A DNA stretch of 64,000 nucleotides from Octopus vulgaris (taxonomy: Eukaryota): assembly GCA_951406725.2 (NCBI GenBank), contig OX597820.1:53010001-53074000 (forward strand), in the 5' to 3' direction. Both the position numbers and the translations under genes were made by a program. Each line of letters opens with the position of its first letter. The stretch's first letter is position 1. Under the pieces are notes generated by a model, which was not told the DNA's origin, did no database searches, and saw nothing but the letters and a program-made list of their open reading frames with translations. This document shows, in pieces, positions 1-13,600 of this stretch.

Positions 1-99
1 TCACAACATTCATGGTTTGTGTAAAGCTATTTCAAGTAGCATTGTTGTAGAGATGGCAAATTATCTCGACTCATATGGTGTGTCTCTGTGTCTCATTTT

Positions 100-480
100 G
101 TTTTTACTATAGACGTGAACGTGTTGTTACTAAACACAAAGTAAATGGGTCGTTTCTACAGCAACGGAGTGTGGTTTCTACACAGATAATGTATGTTGCT
201 CTATATACCCGTGGTTTTGCTATAATGTTTATATATATATGTTATTACTATAGAAATGTGTATTTTATCACAGTTATGAGCTACTACAGCGATAGCATGT
301 CTTGTTACTATAGACACTGAGCGCTGTTACTAAGCGATGATGTATTACTATAGAGATGCTCATTTGTTACTAAACACTTGAAGTATTATTTCGACAGAGC
401 TGGTGGGTATGTCGTTACGATCGAGATGGTACATTGTTTACAGAGATACCATGTTTTGTTAGTAAATAATTGAATAGTAT
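100..480. repeat. Degenerate ~21-bp period minisatellite (core gttgttactatagaga-like)
   Basis: Variants of (g/t)ttactata(g/a)a recur at roughly 21-bp spacing, e.g. near 106, 128, 247, 307, 328, 346, 368. Confidence 0.55.
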
Positions 481-891
481 AGGGTGTGCTCTTATCATCG
501 ATGTAACGCGTTATTATATAGGGTATGGGTTTTATTAACCTAGCCGCGGTATGCATTATATCGCTAGAAATAGTGTCCCAATGTTGTAGAGTTATGCTGT
601 CATTATTGAAATGGTGTGCTGTCAGTGACACAATGGAACTGTTAAGATTAAACAATAGAAAGGAAATTGTATAGTTTCTGATTCTTTGTGCCATAAAAAT
701 AGTAATTAATCATTGTAGACATTACATCCTGTTAACTATTCGATAACGTATTCCTGTAAAGAAGGCGTATTGTTATATTGTCATGAATTTATAATAAAAC
801 ATTCTTATTTTATTTTGTCACTAAAATTTGGAAACAGTAAAAGTTTTGTGATCATTTACATTATGAAATGTTATCTTTGTCAGCAAGGGAA

Positions 892-2080
<1,189 letters not shown>

Positions 2081-2630
2081 TGAGTGAGAGAGCAGTGCAT
2101 GTCATCAAAGTGATAGTGGGGTAAAATATACAAAGCCCAGTATACCCATCATGACTACACGTCTGATAAGAGTACACTAGGCATATGCATCACAACCATA
2201 TGTGCGCGACACGGTGATCTCATATCAAGATAAACAGCACATGATCTTGCAGGTGGGGCCCGGTTAGAACTTTCTTCTGATCGAGTGACCCATCTCGCTC
2301 AAAAGGTCTCTGAATAAGGGTTGTTTAAGGATGTTGAAAGAAGCACCCACGTTTCCAGAGGTGAATAATTAAAACCTCAAAGAATCCCTCTCAACACATG
2401 GCGATGATGCTCCCCCATTACTTCTGCTCGTGATCAGAGATGCACATATCGTCAGCCACTAAGGGACATGCTCAACTGGTTAAGGTCAAACAGCTGACAA
2501 GCAAATCTGTCGTATTGAGCAGAATATTTGCTGTAGCCCATCATTTATACCATGACAAAACAATGTACTTCCAATCAGTTAAGATCAAAAACCACGAGAG
2601 CCACTGCCAGGTACTGCATCAGGGCATTTT
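2081..2630 (-). mobile_element. ~550-bp non-coding interspersed element, copy 1, with its fixed end in (TAA)n
   Basis: Colinear with 4531-5080 and shares its end with 7005-7039; the fixed end gagtgagagagcagtgcat always follows a TTA run; strand inferred. Confidence 0.75.
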
Positions 2631-2683
<53 letters not shown>

Positions 2684-2741
2684 TATTACCATTATTATTA
2701 TTATCATTATTATTATTACCACTATTACTATTATTATTATT

Positions 2742-3660
<919 letters not shown>

Positions 3661-3750
3661 TTATTATTATTATTATTATTATTGTTGTTGTTGTTGTTGT
3701 TGTTGTTGATGATGTTGTTGTTGTTGAGCCATCATTATTATTAATATTAT

Positions 3751-4311
3751 TGTGAAAAATTTTGCTTCGTTATTTTCATGCTCGTTTCAACTGCACCATG
3801 TAGTGCATCTCCTTGTTCCCGACGTGTGTGTGTGGGATTGTGTTGCTGCTTGTAAGACTATCGCGGGAGTATTGTCTCCTGTTGGTGTACTGAACAAGAT
3901 TGTTTTGCTACGGAGTTTAGTTTCTTGCTTCTTTTTACACTGGTGTATATTCCGTTGTGCGTGGAGTGCGTAATATGAGTTGTATTATTTTATTGTCTTG
4001 TATGAGGTCTGTTGCATGTGTTGCTTTAGGTTATTCAGTGCTTGCTGTATATACGTGAGTGCTCTGTGTGAAGATAGTTCTATCAGCGAGCTGGCAGAAC
4101 CGTTAGCACGCCGGGCGAAATGCTTAGCGGTAGTTCGTCTGCCGCTACGTTCTGAGTTCAAATTTAGCCGAGGTCGACTTTGCCTTTCATCCTTTCGAGT
4201 CGATAAATTAAGTACCAATTATGCACGGGAGTCGATGTAATCGGCTTAATACGTTTGTCTGTCCTTGTTTGTCCCCTCTATGTTTAGCCTCTTGTGGGCA
4301 ATAACGAAATA
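3751..4311 (+). mobile_element. Composite element: ~335-bp 5' extension + tRNA-derived SINE (family A) + long tail ending aaata
   Basis: SINE head gcgagctggcagaa...gagttcaaat at 4086-4163; the last ~50 bp of the extension recur in front of the SINE at 7079-7128. Confidence 0.75.
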
Positions 4312-4520
4312 AGTATCGTAAGCATACTGGACGAAATGCTTAGCGGTATTTCGCCCGTTGCTACTTTCTGAGTTCAAATTCCGCTTAGGTCAGCCTTGCT
4401 TTTCATCCTGTCGGGCTCGATAGATAAAGTACCAATTGCATACCTGGGTCGATCTAATTGACTAGTCCCCGTCTCCCCAAATTTCAGGCGAGGCCTTGTG
4501 CCTATAGTAGAAAAGACTAT
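4312..4520 (+). mobile_element. SINE family A, short-tail type, head truncated
   Basis: gaaatgcttagcggtatttcg...gagttcaaattcc...ggccttgtgcctatagtagaaa. Confidence 0.85.
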
Positions 4521-4530
4521 TATTATTATT

Positions 4531-5079
4531 GAGTAAGAGAGCAGTGCATACCATCAAAGTGATCCTGGGGTAAAATATACGAAGCCCAATATACTCATCA
4601 TGACTCCCTATCCGATAATGGTACACCAAGCACATGCATCACTACCATATGTGCACGACATGTTGATCTCTTATCAGGATTAACAGTGCATTATCTTGCA
4701 GGTGGGTCCCAGTTAGAATTTTCTTCAGGTTGAGTAGCTCATCACACTAAAAAAGTCTCTGAATAAGGTTTATTTTAAGGATGATGAACAAAACACCCAT
4801 GTTTCCAGAGGTGAATAATTCAAACCCCCAAAGAAGCCTTCTCAACACATGGCTATGATGTTTTCCCACTACTTCTGCTGGTGATAAAAGATGCGCATAT
4901 CGTCAGCCTCTAAGGGACATACTCAACTGGCTAAGATCAAACAATTGATAAGCAAAGCTGTGGTATTGAGCAGAATATTTGCTGTTGCCCATCATCTTAC
5001 ACCAAGATAAAACAATGTACGTGATAACACTTCCAATCAGTTAAGATAAGAAGCCATGAGATTCTGGTACTGCATCTGG

Positions 5080-5080
<1 letters not shown>
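4531..5080 (-). mobile_element. ~550-bp non-coding interspersed element, copy 2
   Basis: Colinear diverged copy of 2081-2630 with nearly the same two ends. Confidence 0.75.
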
Positions 5081-5150
<70 letters not shown>

Positions 5151-5154
<4 letters not shown>

Positions 5155-5295
5155 TTTAAAAAAAAAAAAAAAAATGAACGAACTACTGAGTTTGGTTTAA
5201 TGGCCTACCAATATACACTATGAATTTCCTTGCCCTAGGAGTCGGGAAGACACTCGGCAAGAAATGGAAGAAAATTTGAAAGAAGAAAAAAAAAA
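5151..5295 (+). mobile_element. Isolated 3'UTR of the Dong family at 5316-6930
   Basis: Matches 6789-6930 with about 6 substitutions; (TAA)n on both sides. Confidence 0.92.
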
Positions 5296-5315
5296 GTAAT
5301 AATAATAATAATAAT

Positions 5316-6760
5316 AAGTGTGCCAAGGCCACTTTCCAGAAAGGGAAAGTGAAGACCACAAATTCGGTCGTGTTAGATGTTGACACAGTCATAAGAGAGC
5401 TTGAGCAAGAACAAACATACAAATATTTAGGGATAAATGAAGGCTCTGGTATTCAGCATGCAAACATGAAAGAGAAGATCAGGAAGGAATGTTATAGGAG
5501 AGTTCGTGCAGTCCTGAAATCTGAACTAAATGCACGCAACAAGGTGTTAGCTATAAATTCCTTAGCAGTTCCAGTTGTTACTTATAGCTACAATGTGTTG
5601 AACTGGAATATGAGTGAAGTAAAGAATATAGATAGGAAAATACGCAATCTGCTGAGTTGTAATAGGATGCACCACCCAAAGGCAGACGTAGATCGCCTTT
5701 ACCTTCCCAGAGCCCAAGGAGGTCGAGGCCTGATCCAATTTGAACTAGCTTACAAAACAACCACAATTGGACTGGCCAAATATCTCGAAATATCGAATGA
5801 CTGGATGCTAAAGCTCGTGGAAAATCACGAGAGACGAAAGAAGCTTCATTCTATTATAAAGGAAAGCAAAAAATTTGCTATTGATCTCGTGCAGGATACC
5901 CAAACTGAACAACCCGAGGGAAGTACGGCAACTATTGTTGCAAAGAAGGTGAAAATGATGGCAACGAAAAAAGCGCACGAGCAATTGGCTGATAGGTGGG
6001 AGGAGAAACCTCTGCACGGCAAATATGTGGCCCGCAGCAAACAAGCTGATGTTGACCAGAAGCAAACCCATCAGTGGCTACGGAGCTCAGGGCTAAAAGC
6101 AGAGAGCGAAGGTTTCATCCTGGCTGCTCAAGATCAAAGCCTATTAACCCGGAACTACCAGGCCAATGTGATGAAAAATGGAGCAGACCCAAAATGCCGA
6201 TTCTGCAACGACATGATTGAAACAGTGGACCACCTAATCTCTAGATGTAAAGTCTTAGCACCAGTGGAGTATAAATTAAGACATGACAGAGTTGGCCAAT
6301 ATCTACACTGGCTAATAAGTCGGCATTACAATATCAAAACTGCCGACAAGTGGTATAATCACCACCCTGAGGCTGTAACTGAAGGAGAAAATGTAACCAT
6401 TCTGTGGGACTTTCCAGTACATACAGACCGAACCATCAAGGCCAATAAACCAGATATTGTTGTGAAAGACCAAAACAATAAAGTTGCTTATTGATCGACA
6501 TGAGCATCCCCTGTGATCATAATATCTCAGCGAAAGAGTTTGACAAGCTCAGAAAATATAAAGACCTACTCATTGAAATTGAGAAAATGTGGCATCTCAA
6601 GGCGGTTACAATACCAGTGATCGTAGGAGCACTAGGAATGATCAAGAAGGGAACCGAAAATTATATGAGAATGATCCCTGGCTTACCATCCCTGCAAGAA
6701 GTGCAAAAGATTGTCTTAACTGGTACATCACACGTATTGAGAAGAGCATTGTCGATGTGA
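5316..6760 (+). pseudogene. Dong ORF C-terminal part (RT thumb, CCHC, RLE) with one frameshift near 6483
   Basis: ORFs 5349-6494 and 6491-6760 join if one T is restored in aaagt(t)tgcttattg (NKVCLLIDM); stop TGA at 6758-6760. Confidence 0.9.
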
Positions 6761-6930
6761 GAACTTTTGCTGCTCATGTATTTTAATTTAACTTTAAAAA
6801 AAAAAAAAATGAACGAACTATTGAGTTTGGTTTAATGGCCTACCAATGTATACTATGAGTTTCTTTGCCCTAGGAGTCGGGAAGACACTCGGCAAGAAAT
6901 GGAAGCAAATTTGAAAGAAGAAAAAAAAAA
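5316..6930 (+). mobile_element. Young 5'-truncated R4/Dong-clade LINE with restriction-like endonuclease
   Basis: Starts KCAKATFQKGK directly after (TAA)n; YKYLGI, CRFC..ETVDHLISRC knuckle, RHDRV, KPDIVV..LIDMSIP, KLRKYKDL; 3'UTR 6761-6930 ends in poly(A)+(TAA)n. Confidence 0.95.
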
Positions 6931-7039
6931 TAATAATAATAATAGTAATAATAATGATAATAATAATAATAATGATAATAATAATAACAATTATTATTAT
7001 TATTGAATGAGAGAGCAGTGCATGCAATCAAAGTGACAC

Positions 7040-8320
7040 GGTGAGCTGGCACGAATCGTTAATGCGCCGGACGAAATTTAGTGCTTGCTGTATATACTTG
7101 TGTGCTCTGTGTAAAGATAGTTCTCTTAGCGAGCTGGCAGAAACGTTAGCACGCCGGGCGAAATGCTTAGCGGTATTTCGTCTGCCGCTACGTTTTGAGT
7201 TCAAATTCCGCCGAGGTCGACTTTGCCTTTCATCCTTTCGGGGTCGATTAAATATGTACCAGTTACACACTGGGGTCGATATAATCGACTTAATTCGTTT
7301 GTCTGTCCTTGTTTGTCCTCTCTGTATTTAGCCCCTGCGGGTAGTAAAGAAATAGGTATTTCACCCGTCAATACGTTCTGTGTTCAATTTCCACTGAAAT
7401 TTCCTCCTTTCATTCTTTTGGGATGGATAAATTAAGTACGAGTGCAACACTGGGTGGATATAATCGACTAGACGCCTCCTACAAAATTTCAGGCCTTCTA
7501 CCTGTAGTAGAAAGGATTATTAAAATTAATAAGCAGCGAGCAGGCAGAATCGTTGGCACGCCGGCTGAAAAGTATTTTTATTCTTTTATTTTGTTTCACT
7601 CATTTGACTGCAGCTATGCCGGAGCACCACCTTTAGTCGAACAAATCGACAGCAGGACTTATTCTTTGTAAGCCTTGTACTTATTCTATGTGTCACTTCT
7701 GCCGAACTGCTAGGTTGCGGTCAGGTAAGCACACCAACATCGGTTGTCAAGCGATGATGGAGGAACAAACACACACAAATACACACAAACATATATATAA
7801 ATATATACGACGGGCTTCTTTCGATTTCCGTCTACCAAATTCACTCACAAGGCTTTGGTCGACCCGAGGCTATAGTAGAAAACACTTGCCCAAGGTGTCA
7901 CGCAGTGAGACTGAACCCAGAACCATGTAGTTGACAACCAAGCTTTTACAGCACAGACATTCCTGCTTAACGGTATTTCGTCTGCCGCTACGTTCTGAGT
8001 TCAAATTCCACCGAGGTCGACTTTGCCTTTCATACTTTCGGGATCAATTAAATAAGTACCAGTTACGCATTGGGGTCGATATAATCGACTTAATCTGTTT
8101 GTCTGTCCTTGTTTGTCCTCTCTGTGTTTAGCCCCTTGTGGGTAGTAAGGAAATAGATATTCCGTCTGCCGCTACGCTGTGTTCAAATTCCGCTGAGTTT
8201 TACTATGCCTTTCATCCTTTCGGTGTCGATAAAATATATACCAGTTGAACACTGGGATCGAAGTATTCGACTTACTCCGTTTTCAAAATTGCTGGCCTTG
8301 TGTCAAAATTTGAAACCGGT
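7040..8320 (+). mobile_element. Head-to-tail and nested cluster of family A SINEs
   Basis: Heads or bodies start at 7040, 7129, 7355, 7535 (resuming at 7963) and 8156; B-box-like gagttcaaattcc variants. Confidence 0.9.
7575..7960 (-). mobile_element. tRNA-derived SINE family B inserted into a family A copy
   Basis: Reverse complement of 23108-23480 and 60105-60535; the family A head (7535-7572) resumes at 7963. Confidence 0.9.
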
Positions 8321-9457
8321 ATTATAATTGCTTTTGCTGTTGATGTTGTTGTTCTTGTAGTTAGCATTGTTGTTGTAAGCATTGTTGTTCCATAGCAGAA
8401 GTAGTGTGCCTAGTATTTACTTAATCAATTCGAAGTCCAGTAGCCAACGAAAACATGCCGTCTACAAATATCAATCGTGGAACCTACTATTGATTCAATC
8501 AATAAATTAACTCTAGAAGTTTGAAAATTTATTCACTTGATTGTATAAGTAATTCCGGAGCGGTCATTTTCGGAATGAGGTTCATGTGAATTCTCTTACT
8601 CATGGTGTCAAGGAAACGAAATTTATACACTTTTATAGACAAGGGGCCCTTTCATAGTCGTTAGTACATTTGCAAATTCGAAAAAGCGAAACATCTCAGG
8701 TCTTCCGACCTACGCATAGCAATTAATAAACCCGTTGATTTAAAAATTTACGAGACTTCTTAATCTACGGAAGCAAATATATCAATGACAAACCATCCAA
8801 AATTTTAGTAAACAAACAGTCCTAACAAAGAAGCTAAAAAGAATAGAAGTTAATTAGTAAATGTCGCCATGAGAATAGATTTTATATCTTAATTTATAAT
8901 AAAATGCTCTCCAGATGTAAATAATCGGAAGTTCACCACCGGAAGTTCACCATCAAACTATCAAAGTAAAGTCAAGCGGAAAACCTTAACATGCTGTCAT
9001 CTTAATGCTGTTTCATTCGACCATGACAAAGACCTCACCACCGACTGAGAATTACCTCTGATAACGAGATATAAAGTAGCTTTAACTAATTTACGTAAAT
9101 TACTATAACCAAGTTATCGAAATTGTCTTTGCCTTGTCTGGAAAGTTATTTTCTATGCCCAAATGTAGTTTCCCGGCGGGACTATAGAAAGGTCATCATA
9201 ATACAACCTTGTGTTTTATTTCACAAAATACATGAGTATGAATTACACAGTTTTAAATTATGTAGGAAGAGAAGACAACGAATAAGCATCCCAAAGCTGT
9301 TTCTTTTTATTAGTTAACTGAAGAGAAGAAACAGGTATTTGAGGAAATTAAGTTCAGATCCACACTTCATTTAGAATGCCTAAGTAGACATTCCGGCGAA
9401 GGAATGTCTGGTCATCGAGAGAAACACTACGATGCTCTTCTAAATAATTTCAATACA

Positions 9458-9612
9458 GGGGCAGTCATGGCTGTGTGGTTAGAAGGTCCCTTCCCATACA
9501 CATGGTTCTGGGTTCAGTCCCACTGAGCAAGTGCCTCGTGCTATAGCCTCGGACCAACCAATATTTTGTGAGTGGAGTTGGTAGACGGAAACGGAAAGAA
9601 GCCCGTCGTATA
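9458..9612 (+). mobile_element. SINE family B, 5' half
   Basis: ggctgtgtggttagaag...ggttcagtcccactg...ggtagacggaaacggaaagaagcccgtcgta. Confidence 0.85.
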
Positions 9613-9624
9613 TGAAAGGAGAGA

Positions 9625-11370
9625 TTTCAACCTGAATGCATCATGGTTAAATACAATTGAGAGACAATACTGTACCAACACTAACAGTAAAACATACAAA
9701 ATTGACGAATAAACCTTCGCTATAGTAGTAGGCAAACTGCTGAAAAGGGAAAGCACCTGGAAGGGACCTAATAGTTGGATATTGGTACAAGTAGCTGAAA
9801 TTATATGGAAACCAGTTGATATGTATGTTCAAAAGGAATATGGAAGATCAGACCGATATACCAAATTGGCTTGCTTACAGCAAGGGCATATCTTGTTGCC
9901 AAAAATGAAATCACCGAGATGACAGGAAACTACAGGCCCATTGCTTGCCTAAACATTATGTACGAACTGCACACAAGTCGCCTCAACCAATTCCTTCAGG
10001 ACCATTGTGAGTCGAACAACATTGTGACTGATGAACAGGCTGGTGGAAAGAAGGAAGTGTAGGGATGTGCCCAACAAATTTTAAATAAACAAAGCTATAC
10101 TGTCTGAAGTAAGAAAACAGCATAAAAACTTTGTGACAGTATGGCTTGACTATAAGAAGGCATTCGACTCTATCTCACATTCATGACTGTTTAACTGATT
10201 GTTTAAATGACTACCACCATGATTGCTGCCATAGCGGGATTCACAAAGGCATGGACAACAATTCTCACCCTTCCAACTGAGAACAGAATAATTGTTTCAG
10301 ATAAAATATGCATTTCAAAGGAAATATTCCGGAGAGATAGTCTTTCTGTACTTCTTTTCATTTTGGCACTGAATCCATTATCGTTCCTACCGCAGAAAAC
10401 ATATTGTTACATGCTAAGATCTTCAACTGCTAAAAATATCAATGCAACTCCTAATTTCTTTATAGACCACCTCAGCATTTATGCTAAAAGTGTTAATGCC
10501 AAAAAACAACTGGAAATAATAATTAATTAATAACATTTTCAGCTGATATAATAACATTTTAGTTAATTAAATAATAATATCTAATAACATTTTCAGCTGC
10601 TATATGCATGGAATTTGACCAAAAGAAATGTTCAAATTTGGTTGGAGAAGAAACAACTCAGTCCTCCAGACCAAAAACCTGTGCATCAACGATCTCTCCA
10701 TCTCCCCCATTCCACACAAAGAAGGCATTCGACTCTATCTCTCATTCATGATTTTTTAAATGCCTACCACCCTAATTGCTGCCATAGAAAGATTCACAAA
10801 GACATGGACAACAAATTTCTCCATAGATAAAAATGTATCATATGAAGGCACCGTGAATACAAAAAGAATGACCTGAAAATATTACACCAGACTTCCTATA
10901 AAGCCTCAGAACAGTTGGGCTCTCTTATCTCAGAGAAGACCTGGATGGAAAGCACTCAGCATACAAAAACAAAAAGTCTATGCATGGGTATGTTGCCCGG
11001 AATGTTGAAGAAGACTGTAGAATTGACACGAAGTACAGCCTCTCTTGGACTCAAGACCACTACATTACATCACACGTTTGCAATCCAGAAACAGGAGGTT
11101 GCTACAAGGTACTTAGTGAACAAGAGAGACAAAGACACTCTTATAATACCAAGGTGCAAACGCATGTGTAGGCTATATCATGTTTCTGTGAAAGACATCA
11201 CGCATGTGATTATCATCTGTCCTAAAATGTCGTCACGGTACGACTTCCCTACGCGGCACGATGTCGTCTCTAAATTTACAATTCCAACCGCAAAAAAAGA
11301 CTGTCCTGAAGTAAACTTAGAAAATCCGTCTGCCATGGAATACATTCCTAAACACCAACTCAAGGAATTG
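9625..11370 (+). mobile_element. Old, heavily decayed R4/Dong-like LINE (RT and CCHC regions), internally rearranged
   Basis: KAPGRDLIVGYWYK, NYRPIACLNIMY, WLDYKKAFDSISHS, IFRRDSLSVLLF, AIQKQEVATR, CRLYHVSVKDITHVIIIC, TRHDVV; many stops and frameshifts. Confidence 0.85.
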
Positions 11371-11638
11371 GTAGACAGACAGACAGACAGACAGACATAT
11401 ATGAATAGACTTTGGGTTACTTTTCTTCTTTTCTGGAAATTTTGAGATAATCGTAGTTTTGTTTAATATTGGTAAATATACATAACTATATTGATATAGT
11501 TTCGGCTGGAAAGGTTTTGCTGAGCATATTTCGAATAGCAGTCAATTATTTCAATTATCACACAAACAACACGCACACATGCATGCGAGCACATTAATTG
11601 TATTAGTGTGTTTGTATATGTATATGTACCATTATACC

Positions 11639-11710
<72 letters not shown>

Positions 11711-11713
<3 letters not shown>

Positions 11714-12114
11714 ACACGAGTCTCGAGATGTGCCGAAGATTTTCTATTTTGAATATATTTGAGGTACTTAGGTCTGTCCAGTACTTAGTGCTTGCTTTTT
11801 CCATGGGTATGAGTAAGTATTTCACTTATATCTCACGTATTTATCGCTGAAGATGGGGAAATTCTTATGAATTAACCCCGAAATTGGGACCAATACGGTA
11901 ATAACGAGTTTTTTAGAAATTTCTATCGGTTTGTTTCGAGACGCATAAATTATAATGGATATTGACAATTTTGTCTTTTTTTCAGCATATTTGGCATTAG
12001 AATTTTTCTTTTGCCCTTATTTTGTAAATTATTTATAAATTTAACCGTTAAAGGTATTTTTTTGATATGCTGGCCATTGATAAATTTTTTCTCCCGAAAA
12101 GAAATTTATCCTAC

Positions 12115-12117
<3 letters not shown>
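11711..12117 (+). mobile_element. (TA)n-embedded non-coding element carrying a hammerhead (Penelope pLTR/retrozyme-like)
   Basis: Bounded by (TA)n on both sides; contains the HHR motif at 11841-11901; no RT ORF. Confidence 0.65.
11841..11901 (+). ncRNA. Type I hammerhead ribozyme motif
   Basis: ttatcg-CTGAAGA-t-gggg...cccc-GAAA-ttgggaccaa-TA-cggtaa; stem I ttatcg/cggtaa, stem II gggg/cccc, stem III ttgg/ccaa. Confidence 0.82.
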
Positions 12118-12154
<37 letters not shown>

Positions 12155-12159
12155 GTAGG

Positions 12160-12215
<56 letters not shown>

Positions 12216-12409
12216 GTAGTATTATTCCGAAAACATGCAAAAAATAATTGTATTTTTGTTTGCTTTTCTACGTGTGGAGGTTTATTTACAGATGGGATGT
12301 GATCACACTTGGTGATTGGCAATAGCAGTGAAATGTTACTGTAATCGCACAAACAGAAACACGAACTCGCACGCGGACAGCGATATACATACACACATAC
12401 ATAAATACA

Positions 12410-12445
<36 letters not shown>

Positions 12446-12512
12446 TATACATATATATATATTATATACATGTATTTATATATATACACATATATATATA
12501 TACATACATACG

Positions 12513-12567
<55 letters not shown>

Positions 12568-12789
12568 TCAATATAGGGTGGCAAAAAAAATTTTGTAGAA
12601 TTCTTTTGCCACCAGCGGCCTAGTAGGAAAAAATTAAATAGTCATAGACCATTTTTAAGTTTAACATCAACAATCAAGGAACGGCCATAATAGGCCATTC
12701 ACCCACTAGAAATAACAGCCAAAGCTTCAACCGCAAATAAAAGTTAATTCTGTAAACCAGGAGAAAATTTAAAAAACATTTACCCTGTA

Positions 12790-12896
12790 ATTTCTTATAC
12801 GATATACCGTTTCATCTGCTGATTAATGGTAAACTAACCTGATTAAATTAAATCAAGCCAATCTTCCACAGGCCCTCAGATTCATCAGTAAGAAAT
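12790..12896 (-). ncRNA. Type I hammerhead ribozyme motif (copy 1)
   Basis: Reverse complement of 13601-13707. Confidence 0.8.
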
Positions 12897-13280
12897 AGCC
12901 CAAGTCGGAACAGATATTTTCACGAGGCATTTTCGACCTTGCCAAGTTTATATCTGACCTAAAATTTTCAAATCGTCGCACTCGCGCCAAATTTATCGGC
13001 AGCAAATAAATATAAGCCGTCGATTCCATTACGGAATTAACCAGAAAATTCGTAATTAATCAATATAGGGTGGCAAAAAAATTTTGTAGAATTCTTTTGC
13101 CACCAGCGGCCTAGTAGGAAAAAATTAAATAGTCATAGACCATTTTTAAGTTTAACATCAACAATCAAGGAACGGCCATAATAGGCCATTCACCCACTAG
13201 AAATAACAGCCAAAGCTTCAACCGCAAATAAAAGTTAATTCTGTAAACCAGGAGAAAATTTAAAAAACATTTACCCTGTA

Positions 13281-13387
13281 ATTTCTTATACGATATACCG
13301 TTTCATCTGCTGATTAATGGTAAACTAACCTGATTAAATTAAATCAAGCCAATCTTCCACAGGCCCTCAGATTCATCAGTAAGAAAT
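13281..13387 (-). ncRNA. Type I hammerhead ribozyme motif (copy 2)
   Basis: Reverse complement of 13601-13707; 491 bp from copy 1. Confidence 0.8.
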
Positions 13388-13600
13388 AGCCCAAGTCGGA
13401 ACAGATATTTTCACGAGGCATTTCCGACCTTGATTGATTAATTATGAATTTTCTGGTTAATTCCGTAATGGAATCGACGGCTTATATTTATTTGCTGCCG
13501 ATAAATTTGGCGCGAGTGCGACGATTTGAAAATTTTAGGTCAGATATAAACTTGGCAAGGTCGGAAATGCCTCGTGAAAATATCTGTTCCGACTTGGGCT

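Noticed and set aside
2395-2470. Minus-strand CTGACGA...GAAG as a hammerhead in the 550-bp element
   Set aside because: GAAG instead of GAAA in both copies and no convincing stems
5151-6930. LTR retrotransposon interpretation of the flanking direct repeats
   Set aside because: No TG..CA ends, PBS or integrase; the ORF is RLE-type non-LTR and the repeats are 3'UTRs ending in A/TAA tails
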